Positions 30,285 through 40,926 are shown, counted from the first letter of the stretch. The stretch: 64,000 nt of DNA from an uncultured delta proteobacterium (GCA_963771465.1 CAVYTU010000015.1:224001-288000); one strand, 5' to 3'. Program-made: numbers and translations. Notes: generated by a model from the letters alone, not told the origin.

Positions 30285-31406
30285 ATGACAAGAAGCCGCC
30301 GGAGAATTTGTCGGTTATTATTGTTCGTCCTTTTGGTTCAGATCACTTTTGTGAATCGCGCTGTCGCCGGCGAAGCGGCTTCGCCAAGCGAATGGGAGAA
30401 AATCGTCAAAGCCGCCGAACAAGAAGGCGAAGTCGTTTACTCCGCCAGTGGCAGCCACCGTTTTTTGGAGGAGTTTCACAAGAGCTATCCAAAGATAAAG
30501 ACGACCAGCATCACAGCGTCATGTAACGATGTCGTCTCGCGCATCATGACCGAACGGCGTGCCGGCAAGTATCTCGCCGACGTGGTGCGCTGCGGCATGA
30601 GTTCGGCGCATTCACTTTATCGCGGCAAAACGTTGCAGCCGATCGATACGGCGCTCGTACTTCCCGAAGTGCGCGATCCGTCGAAATGGTGGCAAGGCAA
30701 ACATCACTACACCGATCCGGAAGGAAAGTATCTGTTCGTTTCCGGCGCCAGCGCGTACGTGCGTTTCGCCAGTTACAACAGCGAGCTGGTCAATCCGGCG
30801 GAGATTAAATCCTACTGGGACCTGCTCAATCCGAAATGGAAAGGTAAGATCGTCGCCACCGATCCAAGAACCGGTGAGGGCCGCAACGGCTCGCGCTTTC
30901 TTTATTACAATCCCGACCTCGGCCCGAAGTATCTGCGCCGCTTGCTCGGCGAAATGGATCTGACCTATTCGCGCGATTATCGCCAGGCAACCGACTGGCT
31001 GGCGCAAAAACGCTTTGCGATTTTTCTCTTCAGCCAGTCTGACGACACGCTGAACGCGAAACAACAGGGACTCGCCGTGCAAGTGCTCGACACCACGGGC
31101 TTGAAAGAAGGTGTCGGTTTAGATCCGGTCGGCGGCGCCAACGCGTTGATGGACAAACCGGCTCATCCCAACGCCGCTAAAGTCCTGCTCAACTGGATGC
31201 TCTCCCGCGAAGGTCAGATCGCGCTCCAACGAGACCCCGAAGCCGCTGGGAGAAACGACTCGCTGAGAATCGACATTCCAAAAACCGACGTGCATCCCAT
31301 GATGCGCCGGCGCGATGGTACGAAATACATCATCATGTGGAACCCCGAATGGATGGAGATGAAGCCCGTCGACGAAATCGTCAAACAGGCGATGGAGAAG
31401 AAGTAG
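30285..31406 (+). CDS. Extracellular solute-binding protein (family 1)
   Basis: Signal peptide; WEKIVKAAEQEG, ERRAGKY, SYWDLLNPKWKGKI and PAHPNAAKVLLNWMLSREGQ motifs. Confidence 0.9.
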   Translation: MTRSRRRICRLLLFVLLVQITFVNRAVAGEAASPSEWEKIVKAAEQEGEVVYSASGSHRFLEEFHKSYPKIKTTSITASCNDVVSRIMTERRAGKYLADVVRCGMSSAHSLYRGKTLQPIDTALVLPEVRDPSKWWQGKHHYTDPEGKYLFVSGASAYVRFASYNSELVNPAEIKSYWDLLNPKWKGKIVATDPRTGEGRNGSRFLYYNPDLGPKYLRRLLGEMDLTYSRDYRQATDWLAQKRFAIFLFSQSDDTLNAKQQGLAVQVLDTTGLKEGVGLDPVGGANALMDKPAHPNAAKVLLNWMLSREGQIALQRDPEAAGRNDSLRIDIPKTDVHPMMRRRDGTKYIIMWNPEWMEMKPVDEIVKQAMEKK

Positions 31407-31481
31407 CCAGTGATCGTCAATCGGCTGGATTGTCGCTTTATCCCGCCGTATATTACGCCCAAGCAAGGTGCGAGGTGAACC

Positions 31482-32603
31482 ATGGCAAAGAACGGATTTA
31501 AGATTCTTGACAGCGACATGCATATCATGGAGCCACCTGACCTGTGGGAGAAATATATCGACAAGAAATTTCGTGATCGCGCGCCGCGTGGCGTGACCAG
31601 CCATAACGTGCGCGATTTGCGCCTGGTCCATCCAGACGGCAAAGAATGGTCGCGTAAAACGACACCGCAAAACGATCCTGCCCGCGGTCACAACTTCGAC
31701 GAGAAACAGAGAATCCTCGGCAATGATGCCGCGCGCGGCTGGACTTCGGAAGTCCAACTCGAAGCGATGGATATCGAAGGCATCGACGTCGCCGTGCTCT
31801 ATCCGACCCGCGGCCTGCGCGCGCTGGTCGACGATCGCATGGACCCACCGTTCGCCGCCGCGATGGCGCGCGCATATAACGACTGGATGTACGACTTTTG
31901 CCAAAAAGATCCGACTCGTTTGATCGGCGCCGGCATGATCTCGCCCTTCAGCATGGAAGATGCCGTCAGCGAAGCGCGCCGCTGCGCCGAGCAGCTCGGT
32001 TTTCGCGCGGTTTTTCTGCGCGCCAATCCCTTGGTCGATCACCAGTGGCAAAGCGAATACTACGAACCGTTGTGGGATGCTTTGGAAGCGCTCAATCTCT
32101 CTCTGGGCTTTCATGAATCCACCGGCACGGGCAGAAACCAGATCGGCGAGCGCTTGGAGCCCAACTTCATGCTGCGCCGCGTTTACGCCCAACCATTCGA
32201 GCAGATGCTCGCGCTCGGCGCCTTCTGTGCCGGCGGCGTGTTCGCGCGCCATCCCAAAATGCGTGTGGCATTTTTGGAGGCCAACTGTAGCTGGCTACCC
32301 TGGCTACTCTGGCGCCTCGATGAAGCTTGGGAACTCGACGGCGACGTTTGGGCCCCTGACGTCAAGCTCAAACCGAGCGAGTATTTTAAAAAACACTGCG
32401 TTGTCTCCATCGAACCGGACGAAGTCATCGCCAACAACGTCATCGAACAGGTCGGCAATACCCAATTGGTTTTCTCCACCGACTATCCGCACGTCGACTC
32501 GCGTTACCCCGAAGCGGTCAATCATTTTCTCAAATTGCCCTTCACCGACACCGACAAGCGAAAGATTTTGTGGGACAATTGCGCGGCGTATTATGCGATG
32601 TGA
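31482..32603 (+). CDS. Amidohydrolase_2 family protein
   Basis: LDSDMHIMEP, AMDIEGIDVAVLYPT, AYNDW, LEANCSW and FSTDYPHVD motifs. Confidence 0.93.
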   Translation: MAKNGFKILDSDMHIMEPPDLWEKYIDKKFRDRAPRGVTSHNVRDLRLVHPDGKEWSRKTTPQNDPARGHNFDEKQRILGNDAARGWTSEVQLEAMDIEGIDVAVLYPTRGLRALVDDRMDPPFAAAMARAYNDWMYDFCQKDPTRLIGAGMISPFSMEDAVSEARRCAEQLGFRAVFLRANPLVDHQWQSEYYEPLWDALEALNLSLGFHESTGTGRNQIGERLEPNFMLRRVYAQPFEQMLALGAFCAGGVFARHPKMRVAFLEANCSWLPWLLWRLDEAWELDGDVWAPDVKLKPSEYFKKHCVVSIEPDEVIANNVIEQVGNTQLVFSTDYPHVDSRYPEAVNHFLKLPFTDTDKRKILWDNCAAYYAM

Positions 32604-32642
32604 GGGCTAGATTGCGCTACGAGCTTGGCCAGAGGGAACCCG

Positions 32643-33767
32643 ATGACGAGCTGCTTACCAGTGTGGGCATTTAGTCTTCTCATTGTCGCTCTTAGTTTCA
32701 GCGCGGCCCAGGGGGCGTCCAGCACGAGTACCGACGGCTCGCGGACGGATTGGGAATCCATGGTTGCCGCAGCCAAGAAAGAGGGAAAGGTTGTTATATA
32801 CGGCGCTCCAGGAGTCGAAGTCGATACGCTGTTTAAGCAATATTTTGAAGTAGCCTACCCGGGAATCAAGATCGAGTCAGTGGCGGACCGCAGCGCCACG
32901 GAAAGGATCGTCGCTGAGCGGAGAGCTGGAAAGTTCATCCCCGATGTCTATTTGGGTTCGGCAAGCAGCAATGATTTCTCATCTCTGCGGGCCCAAGGCG
33001 TGTATCAGCCGCTGCGACCCTTTTTGGTTCTCCCAGAGGTCGTCGATGAATCAAAATGGTTCGACGGTAAGCTCTGGTTCATCGACAAAGAAGAAAAGTA
33101 TAGCCTAGCTTATGCGGTGGCAGTGGGGACATTGATTGCGGTCAACACCAACATGGTTAACCCCAATGAGATCACCTCGTATACCCAGCTGGTGGATCCC
33201 CGATGGCGCGGCAAGATCGTCAGCAACGACATCCTTAGAGGCGCCAGCGGCACGGGAGGCGGGCTGATCAAATTCCTATATCTTCATCCCAACCTGGGTC
33301 CTAATTTTTTAAAGAAGCTCTTCGGCGAAATGGATATTACCTATGCACGCGATATGCGGCAGATGATCGATTGGTTAGGTCAGGGACGCTTCGCGTTCGC
33401 GCTTTTTCCGGCTTGGACCGACACTGAAAAAGCCGGTCGAATCGGCCTTCCGGTGGCCATGGTGAATTCGAAGCGGATGAAGGAAGGCTTCCCGGTGGTT
33501 TCGGGGCGGCGCAGCGTCATGGTTCTGAACCCTGCGCCGCACCCTAATGCGACAAAGGTTTTTGTCAACTGGTTGCTCTCACGCACAGGGCAAGCCAGCA
33601 TGGAAAAGGTGCTCACCTATCCGTCGCTGCGCGTTGACACGCCGACGAAGAGTCTTCTTCCCGATCTACTGGTTCCGGAAAAAGGCATGGACTTTACATT
33701 TCTCTCACTGGAAAAATACTGGCATCTGGACAACGAGATTCATCAGCTACTAAAGAACTTGAAGTGA
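32643..33767 (+). CDS. Extracellular solute-binding protein (family 1)
   Basis: WESMVAAAKKEGKVVIY, ERRAGKF, LVDPRWRGKI and APHPNATKVFVNWLLSRTGQ; close paralog of 30285..31406. Confidence 0.9.
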   Translation: MTSCLPVWAFSLLIVALSFSAAQGASSTSTDGSRTDWESMVAAAKKEGKVVIYGAPGVEVDTLFKQYFEVAYPGIKIESVADRSATERIVAERRAGKFIPDVYLGSASSNDFSSLRAQGVYQPLRPFLVLPEVVDESKWFDGKLWFIDKEEKYSLAYAVAVGTLIAVNTNMVNPNEITSYTQLVDPRWRGKIVSNDILRGASGTGGGLIKFLYLHPNLGPNFLKKLFGEMDITYARDMRQMIDWLGQGRFAFALFPAWTDTEKAGRIGLPVAMVNSKRMKEGFPVVSGRRSVMVLNPAPHPNATKVFVNWLLSRTGQASMEKVLTYPSLRVDTPTKSLLPDLLVPEKGMDFTFLSLEKYWHLDNEIHQLLKNLK

Positions 33768-33954
33768 TCTATTCACGCTTTATTTCTAATCCACCCGGCC
33801 GCTGGGTCCGTGATCTTTAGATTGTCGCGCCGTCGTCGCAGGATTTGTTATCCCACGCAGCAAAAGCTGTCGCCGCCTGATTGCCTCGAAGACGACCGGA
33901 TGTATCCGGAAGAACTGAATAGGCTAAATTCCCGCGCTGTGATATGGAGTAATC

Positions 33955-34281
33955 ATGAAGATCCCCCCAGCATTTATTCTCGCCGCCGCATTGTCGGCTA
34001 TGCCCTTTACGTTTGGCTGCCAAACGACGACACCCGGCACTCCAGTGGAAATTCCGACTGTCGAAACTCCACAAGACCAGGCACTGTCGAAGGCCGTGCG
34101 GGATAGACTGCTCGCGGATAAGAAAGTGGATCTGACCGGCATCAACGTCGTATCCAACGGCGGCACAGTCTACCTGAGCGGAATGGTGCAGTCGTTGGAT
34201 GCGCGCCAACAAGCCATCAAGATCGCCTGGGAAGTGCGCGGCGTACAGAGCGTCGTCAACAGTCTTGAAGTTCAAAAATAA
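33955..34281 (+). CDS. BON-domain lipoprotein
   Basis: Lipobox-like TFGC; INVVSNGGTVYLSG...VRGVQSVVNSLEV. Confidence 0.88.
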   Translation: MKIPPAFILAAALSAMPFTFGCQTTTPGTPVEIPTVETPQDQALSKAVRDRLLADKKVDLTGINVVSNGGTVYLSGMVQSLDARQQAIKIAWEVRGVQSVVNSLEVQK

Positions 34282-34398
34282 TCGCCGATGCTTTGGCGAT
34301 CGCGCGAGCGATGACTGCCAGGAATCCGTAATGACTTTCCATTGACGACGCCGCAAGCCATCGGCCAGCGTCCATTACGTTCTTGAGTGAGGCGCACT

Positions 34399-35517
34399 AT
34401 GAAAATGGATTTTTTGAAATCCCGCGGTTTAGCGTTCTTAACGGTGATATGGTTAGCGGCTGAAACTTTTGCCGCGGAGTCGGCGCCTAACCTGTCAAAG
34501 GCGAAACAACAGGCTGACGCAAAAGGCTACACCTTCATCACGAATCACGACGAAATAGTTGCCAAGGCGAAGAAAGAGGGCAAACTCCGCGTCACGGCAG
34601 CCATGGATGCCGCCAATATTAAAATCTATGGCGCTGCCTTCCAAAAGAAATACCCGTTCATCGACATCGATGGCAGGGAGAGCAATGGGCCGGATGTTGC
34701 CCAGCGAATTCTGCGCGAGATTCAGAGCGGAATGGCCAAAGACTGGGATATCGTCCTGGTCTACGCTGAATACCGGAGCGAATATACCCCACATCTATGG
34801 AACGTCGATCTTCTTGGCATGGCCAACCACGGAGTGCTCCAGATACCGCCTGCCATGATCGACGCAAAATATGGAAATGTCATTTCACCCCATACCCATT
34901 TCCAAGTCACGGCTTACAATCCAAAACTGGTTGCCGCCAACTTGCTACCAAAGACTTGGGAAGACCTCCTTAAGCCGGAACTGATGGGAAAAAAGTTTGC
35001 TGTCGATACTCGACCGAAGGATATCGCTGCGCTGGTTCCGGCCTGGGGCTTGGAGAAGACTTTAGACTTTGCCCGCAAGCTCGCCGCCCAGCAGCCTATC
35101 TGGGTGCTTAATCCAAGTAGAACCTTTGCCTCCATCATGGCGGGGGAGATCCCAATGATGATTGGCGCCAATTTCAAAGGGGTCAAAGGAGCCCAGCGCA
35201 AGGATCGCATCGGCGCGCTGCAATATGTCGTCACTGAGCCCGTGCCCGTGCGGTTTGGTAATTTGCAGGCGGTTGCAGCGACCACACAGCGTCCCCATGC
35301 CGCGCTGCTCTGGCTCGAATGGCTGGCCAGCCCGGAGGCGCAAAAATTAATCGACGAACACGAGCCATTCAACTCTTCGTTATCCGTAAAGGGTGGGGCG
35401 GTGGCAGAAGAATTAAAGGGTAGAAAGCTATCCCTGACAACCTGGGAGAACCACCATTACATGGAGCAGTGGGAAGCAAAAATAGTCGAGGCCTACGGTT
35501 TTCCAAAGGCTAAATAG
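34399..35517 (+). CDS. Extracellular solute-binding protein (family 1)
   Basis: HDEIVAKAKKEGKL, FQKKYPFI, AYNPKLV, PKTWEDLL and PHAALLWLEWLAS motifs. Confidence 0.88.
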   Translation: MKMDFLKSRGLAFLTVIWLAAETFAAESAPNLSKAKQQADAKGYTFITNHDEIVAKAKKEGKLRVTAAMDAANIKIYGAAFQKKYPFIDIDGRESNGPDVAQRILREIQSGMAKDWDIVLVYAEYRSEYTPHLWNVDLLGMANHGVLQIPPAMIDAKYGNVISPHTHFQVTAYNPKLVAANLLPKTWEDLLKPELMGKKFAVDTRPKDIAALVPAWGLEKTLDFARKLAAQQPIWVLNPSRTFASIMAGEIPMMIGANFKGVKGAQRKDRIGALQYVVTEPVPVRFGNLQAVAATTQRPHAALLWLEWLASPEAQKLIDEHEPFNSSLSVKGGAVAEELKGRKLSLTTWENHHYMEQWEAKIVEAYGFPKAK

Positions 35518-35540
35518 TTCTCACTGAAAAAGTAAGAATG

Positions 35541-35614
35541 CTTCGACAGGGATCAGCGTGGACGAAACGAGATAAAATCAGTTATTTAGCGGTTCGTCCT
35601 GAGCATTATCGAAG
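35541..35614. repeat. REP-like palindromic element
   Basis: CTTCGACAGGGATCAGCGTGGACGAA...TTCGTCCTGAGCATTATCGAAG degenerate inverted arms. Confidence 0.6.
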
Positions 35615-35686
35615 GTTTCTTGTCGAGTTTGCACACCGTCTGCCAGAGCGCGGAATCTTTTCTTGCGATTTGCTTGGGAGAGTTAA

Positions 35687-37056
35687 ATGGAAACAGTGGC
35701 GAACAGTTTGGCCGAACTTGTGTCAGACATCCGATTCAATAATTTGCCGCAGGAGGTTGTGAAAGAAACAAAGCGGCGGGTCCTGGATGCCTTGGGCTGC
35801 GCCTTCGGCGGCTTTGATGGCGAGCCGAGCGTCATCATGCGAAACGTGGCGGCTGACTTAGGAGGGAAACCCGAGTCCACCGTTCTTGGCGCTACCGACC
35901 GAACATCGTGCGAGAAGGCTGCTCTGGTGAATTCGACGATGCTGCGCTATTTGGATTACATGGACTCTCACGCGGGTCCTGATGCCTGCCATCCCTGTTT
36001 TAATATTCCGCCTTGTCTAGCTGTCGCCGAGCGCGTCAGCGCCAGCGGCAAAGATCTGATAGCCGCGATTGTGGCCGGGTATGAGATCCAGATTCGTTTC
36101 CAAGAGGCGTGCAAGATCGGCTCTCGCGGCTGGTTCAGCGGCACCTACCTGGAATTTTCCGTGCCCCTGGCGGTTGGCAAGCTTCTGGGTCTCGACGTTG
36201 ATCGATTGACGAACGCGCTGGCTATCGCTGCGACTCACGCCAACGCCTTGAGCGTCAACAGTCGCACCATTCCTGCCAGCAAGAGCGTTGCCGATGGCAT
36301 GGTGGCATCGACCGGAATTCTCGGGGCTCTCATGGCTGGCGCGGGGCTAACCGGGCCTACGGATATTCTCGACAGCGCGGGTGTATTTGAAAAAGCGGTG
36401 GCGGGAGCGATCGATATGGAGCGTCTGCTGGCGCCTGTGGTTGAGTGTAAGGTGATGGAAGTGAATACCAAGTGGTTCAACACTGTTCGTACCGCGCAGA
36501 CTGCCGTAACCAGTATGTTTAGCTTGCTCGAAAAGCACCGCCTAAGCTGGCGCGACATCGAGGCCATTACTCTGTTTCTACCGACAAAGGAACACATTGG
36601 CCACGACGGAATATGGAACAGTCCATCCAGGCTGAGACCGCAGAATCGAGACACCGCCAATCACAGTCTGATTTACAGCTTGGCAGTCGCCACGGTGGAT
36701 CGAGAACTCGGACCTGAACAGTACACCGATGCCAAGCTGCGCGATCCTAATGTTCTCTCTATTATTGATCGCACCATGCTTCAGTCGGACGCTGCTCTTG
36801 ACAGCATTGGCCGGCAGCTGCCGTAAGCCGCGTGGTTCTTAGAACAAAGAACGGCCAGAGCTGTGAGGCGACAACTCTCTATCCGCCCGGGCACCACAAA
36901 AACCGCGTCACCGATGAACTAATCCAGCAAAAGTTTACCAAGCTCACGAGCCAAGTGCTCAGCAAAGAAAAGCAAGCAGCCATCATCCAAACAGTTGGAC
37001 GCCTGGAGGAGCTCGATTCAGTAAAGGAACTCACGATCCATTTAGGCGGGGAATAA
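35687..37056 (+). CDS. MmgE/PrpD family protein (frameshift near 36800)
   Basis: RVLDALGCA, NSTMLRYLDYMD, HPCFNIP, AGYE and RDTANHSL; C-terminus YPPGHHKN in 36832..37056. Confidence 0.9.
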
Positions 37057-37222
37057 GCGAGCGCGAGAAGTAAGGATGGACGCGACCCTTGCCGTAGTCC
37101 GCTCTGCGCACTGGTATCTTTCAATGGTTTCGTCAACACTCGGCGCCCGCGCTCGTTGCAAAACGGTTGAACAATAAAATCGGAATATAAAAATGACTCT
37201 ATATCCAGGCGCCAATCACCAG

Positions 37223-37645
37223 TTATATTAGCCTCATCAACGGAATCTCTCGACGCGTTCGTTGTTGATAGGTTTCGAACTGAGGGTATAACTGCACCAA
37301 CCTACGCCAGATAACCTTTTTCTCGTCCGGCGAGAGCTTGCGTGCCGAAACCCTCCGGTGCTCACCCTTTACGACGACTTCGGCGTCCGGACATTGCTCA
37401 AGATTGAGATACCATGCCGGATGCATGTCATTTCCCCCGAAAGAGGCGACAACAATGAAGCTCGTTTCATCTTGGAGATAGAGAACCGGTGTCGTTCTGC
37501 TCCGTCCTGTCTTCCGACCCGTCGTGGTGAGCATCATCAACGGCAATCTTCCGAGCACGTTGTGTAGTTTTCCACCGCATAACTTCCACAACCAGGTGTG
37601 AAGTCGTCCCAGCCGGCGAATCGTGTTCGGCTTTAGGCCAGCCAT
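37223..37645 (-). CDS. Deazaflavin (F420)-dependent nitroreductase/quinone reductase family (DUF385)
   Basis: LTTTGRKTG..RTTP, VVASFGG..HPAWYLNL and YQQRTRREIP motifs. Confidence 0.92.
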   Translation of the reverse strand: MAGLKPNTIRRLGRLHTWLWKLCGGKLHNVLGRLPLMMLTTTGRKTGRSRTTPVLYLQDETSFIVVASFGGNDMHPAWYLNLEQCPDAEVVVKGEHRRVSARKLSPDEKKVIWRRLVQLYPQFETYQQRTRREIPLMRLI

Positions 37646-37952
37646 TTTCTTCCAGCTTGGGTACGACAGTCGCCCGCTCGGTTACGCGACGGCGAAATCA
37701 GGGGAGTTGTGGAAAACCATCAACGGGTCGGGCCGCAGCGGCAAGATGGCAAACGCGCGACCATCGCGATCGGTGAACTTTGCTTCGCGCGCGCGACATA
37801 TTCTCGCATCTGTCAGAAACGAGATCTACTTTTATTTCCGACTTTGTTTTCAGATTTGTTGTGAGGTAAAAACCTGCCTTCGAAATTTTACCCTCAACAT
37901 TTCCTTGCACAGGAAAGACTTATACGTTGTTCGTCGTCTCTGTCGTGCATCC

Positions 37953-38888
37953 TTAGATCAAACAGTACGGGGGTGGCTCAAGATTCTGTGACGCCAGTTG
38001 AACGACGAGCAAAGTTGCACCGGTATCGCTAGAGGTGGCGGAATAAGGCGCATCAGCCGGATAATACATGCATGAGACGGCCTTGTAGCGGTCACCTTCA
38101 TAGATAGCCTCACCTTCGATGATGTAGCGAACTTGCTGACACGGCGCAGTTCCTGGATGAGTGCTGGCTCCGGGCTCAATTTTGACTAGCTTAATATTTG
38201 GTCCAACCTCGTTGAAATAACCCAGGTGTTTTACCGAAACTCCCGCGGCCCCTTTCAAAGAATGCCAGGGATGATTGTAGGAACGCATGATCACAATGTC
38301 AGAGTAGCGCGCTGGCGGATACTTAAGTTCATCGCCCATGAGATGCTCGACCACCGCCTCGCTCCCGTCCTGTTTGCGTCCGTCAGGCCGCACGAATATG
38401 CCTCCTTCAAACTTTCCGATCTGTTCCAGTTCCCGCTGAGCTCGGGCGAGATCCTCTGGATGGGGTTTTGGGGTTCTCGATGGACCGGTGAACTGCATTG
38501 TGAGCCCAATCTTCTCCTCCGAAACGGAAGCATCTTCGGGCCCGTACGAAACTCCCTCTGGCAAATAAATACAATCACCCGGGCCATACACTTCACGTCC
38601 ATACTTCACTTTGCCGCTCAGTATGAAGCGGACCTGATCGAAAATGTGCCTGTGGCGCGGTGTATAGCGTGTCGACTTTGTAATATTCACCGCCGCCCTG
38701 ATGGCAATCCCCCGTTCGTGGTCGAAGAAACCAAAGTTTTTACCCCTTCTCCCATTAGCTCTATGCGCAGTCTCCTGCCACCCCGATTCATTCCCGCTAA
38801 TAACTACGGGATGGGTAAGCGGGCCATTCATGGCAATTTTTTCCCAATTCTCTTTGTTTTGCATATTCTCCACGGCCAATCCCTCCAC
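37953..38888 (-). CDS. Uncharacterised bicupin-like protein, paralog 1
   Basis: PRHRHIFDQVRFILSG and GDCIYLPEGVSYGP; a second degenerate cupin (QVRYIIEGE). Start uncertain. Confidence 0.75.
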   Translation of the reverse strand: MEGLAVENMQNKENWEKIAMNGPLTHPVVISGNESGWQETAHRANGRRGKNFGFFDHERGIAIRAAVNITKSTRYTPRHRHIFDQVRFILSGKVKYGREVYGPGDCIYLPEGVSYGPEDASVSEEKIGLTMQFTGPSRTPKPHPEDLARAQRELEQIGKFEGGIFVRPDGRKQDGSEAVVEHLMGDELKYPPARYSDIVIMRSYNHPWHSLKGAAGVSVKHLGYFNEVGPNIKLVKIEPGASTHPGTAPCQQVRYIIEGEAIYEGDRYKAVSCMYYPADAPYSATSSDTGATLLVVQLASQNLEPPPYCLI

Positions 38889-38920
38889 TCAAACTATCAG
38901 CGTCGACAGTGAAAGCTCGG

Positions 38921-39970
38921 TTAGTTAAAACCCCATGCAGCGTGAATCTTTTTGGTGATGGGCGGGATATATTGTGTTTCATCCCAACCGCCAAAGACAA
39001 TCTTGGCGCCAGCTTTTTTGACCAATTCCCATTTCTCGCTTCCCTCCGCGAAAGGCGAGCCTTTGCCAACCGCATCGTAACCCTTTTGCCCCTGCGGCGA
39101 CGCCAGATACCCCGCCAACAGCAACGCGGCATTTGGATTCTTGCTTCCTTTCATGATCCCGAGGGTTTCAATGATACCCGTAGAAACTTCCGTTGGAACA
39201 GACACGGCTATTTTGGCGGTGGTGTCACGCCGCAAAATTTGCTTAGCCGTTTGATAGAATGTGCCACACACCATCGGAAATTCTCCGATGGCCAACAAGG
39301 GCAAGGTTTCAGCAGGCGATCTTTTCCAAATCGGTTGGTTATTTTTGAGCTTGGTTACGTAGTCTATGGTCTTGGCTTCGCCCCAAGCCCGGGAAAGATT
39401 GGCAAATATTCGGGCGCGCGTATCAACCACAAACCTGCCCTTCCAATAGGGGTCTAAACAGTCGTCCCATTTTTTTGGCACTCGCTCTGGAGGAACAAGG
39501 GATGGATTGTACGCGAAGACATGGAAACCGAAGGCGACGCCGGCAAAATATCCGTCCGGGCTAAAATGGCTCTCCGCCACTTCCGGAAACAGTTTACGCC
39601 ACTCAAACGGGCCGGCGAGCACTTTTGTTTTCAAGTACATTGTCCGCAGCTCAGAAACCACATCCACCAAGTCGTATCCCACAACACCGCCAATGGCCTC
39701 CGTCATAATTCGCTCTCGCGTGGATGAACCGCCGATCTGTTGAGTGTGCTCTATTTTGATCATTGGATACTTCTGGTAAAAGCCTTTAAAAACCACCGGC
39801 TCATCATCGGGGGCAAGGCTGCTGTCCATGCGAACTTTTCCTTCCTTCATTGCCAGCTTTGTAATCTCGTCGATGTTCTTGCCAATAACACTTTGAGCCC
39901 AGCCAACTGTGTGAGAGCCACAGACCAATAGGACGACCAAGAGGCCGGCGCTGAATTTTCCGGTGGACAT
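38921..39970 (-). CDS. Extracellular solute-binding protein (family 1)
   Basis: Signal peptide from MSTGKF; KEGKV, FYQKYP, AYNPSLV, DCLDPYWKG and NPNAALLLAGYLAS motifs. Confidence 0.88.
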   Translation of the reverse strand: MSTGKFSAGLLVVLLVCGSHTVGWAQSVIGKNIDEITKLAMKEGKVRMDSSLAPDDEPVVFKGFYQKYPMIKIEHTQQIGGSSTRERIMTEAIGGVVGYDLVDVVSELRTMYLKTKVLAGPFEWRKLFPEVAESHFSPDGYFAGVAFGFHVFAYNPSLVPPERVPKKWDDCLDPYWKGRFVVDTRARIFANLSRAWGEAKTIDYVTKLKNNQPIWKRSPAETLPLLAIGEFPMVCGTFYQTAKQILRRDTTAKIAVSVPTEVSTGIIETLGIMKGSKNPNAALLLAGYLASPQGQKGYDAVGKGSPFAEGSEKWELVKKAGAKIVFGGWDETQYIPPITKKIHAAWGFN

Positions 39971-40020
39971 CGCTCGATACTGAATCACCACAACAACTAC
40001 CCCCTTTAAGAAAACAAAAA

Positions 40021-40926
40021 CTAGATCAAACAAAAATCAGGCGGCTTTCCGCCGTGAACTCCCAATTGAATTACTAACAACGTCGCACCTGTGGAAGTGA
40101 CGGTATTGGAATATGCAGAATTGGGAGGAATGAGCATGCATGAAACGGAATTATAACTCTCTCCCTCATACGTAATCTCCCCTTCCAAAACATAACGAAC
40201 CTGTAAGAAGGGAACTTTACCCGACGGAGTTTCTGAGTTGGGATCCATTTTCACGATCTTGATATTAGGACCGCGCTCATTGAAATATCCTAGGTGCTTT
40301 ACATTGACGCCCGAAAGACCATCCAACGGCTGCCAGGGAAATTTTTCCTGGCGCATGATGACGTAGTCGTGGTAGCGCGCCTCCGGATACTTTACCTTAC
40401 CGCCGGTAAGATACTCATGAATGGCTTCGAAGGAATCCTGCTTGTGCCCATCCGACCAGATAAAGATGCCTTTTTCGAATTTGCCGATTCCCTTTTCCGG
40501 CATCTCCTTCTGAGCTCTCAAGATGTCAGGCACCACCGGCGTCGGGAGACCCGAGGGGCCGGGAAAATGGAAAACGATACGCCGGTTTTCCTGGTGCCCC
40601 TCAGCAGTCCGCGTGGGGCCGTAAGAAACTCCTTCCGGAATGTAGACGCAATCACCTTCCTGTAGAACATCCTTGCCGTAACTTTCCGCCCCGCGATAAT
40701 AATAGCGCACGACCTCATCCACGTGCTTGTGGCGCGGATTTAACCGTTCAGGCGTGTACGTCGCAATGCTGGCTCTGACCGTTATTCCATGCTCGGGGTC
40801 ATAAAACCCGAAGAGTTTACTATGTCTGCCGCCGCCTCGATGCGAAGCTCCTCGTGTCGGGCCTTCATCTTCTCTGATAATGACAGGACCTTTCAGAGGA
40901 TCCTTGAAGGGATCAACCTTGGGCAT
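40021..40926 (-). CDS. Uncharacterised bicupin-like protein, paralog 2
   Basis: PRHKHVDEVVRY, GDCVYIPEGVSYGP and VKHLGYFNERGPNIK; colinear with paralog 1 to the final CLI. Confidence 0.78.
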   Translation of the reverse strand: MPKVDPFKDPLKGPVIIREDEGPTRGASHRGGGRHSKLFGFYDPEHGITVRASIATYTPERLNPRHKHVDEVVRYYYRGAESYGKDVLQEGDCVYIPEGVSYGPTRTAEGHQENRRIVFHFPGPSGLPTPVVPDILRAQKEMPEKGIGKFEKGIFIWSDGHKQDSFEAIHEYLTGGKVKYPEARYHDYVIMRQEKFPWQPLDGLSGVNVKHLGYFNERGPNIKIVKMDPNSETPSGKVPFLQVRYVLEGEITYEGESYNSVSCMLIPPNSAYSNTVTSTGATLLVIQLGVHGGKPPDFCLI

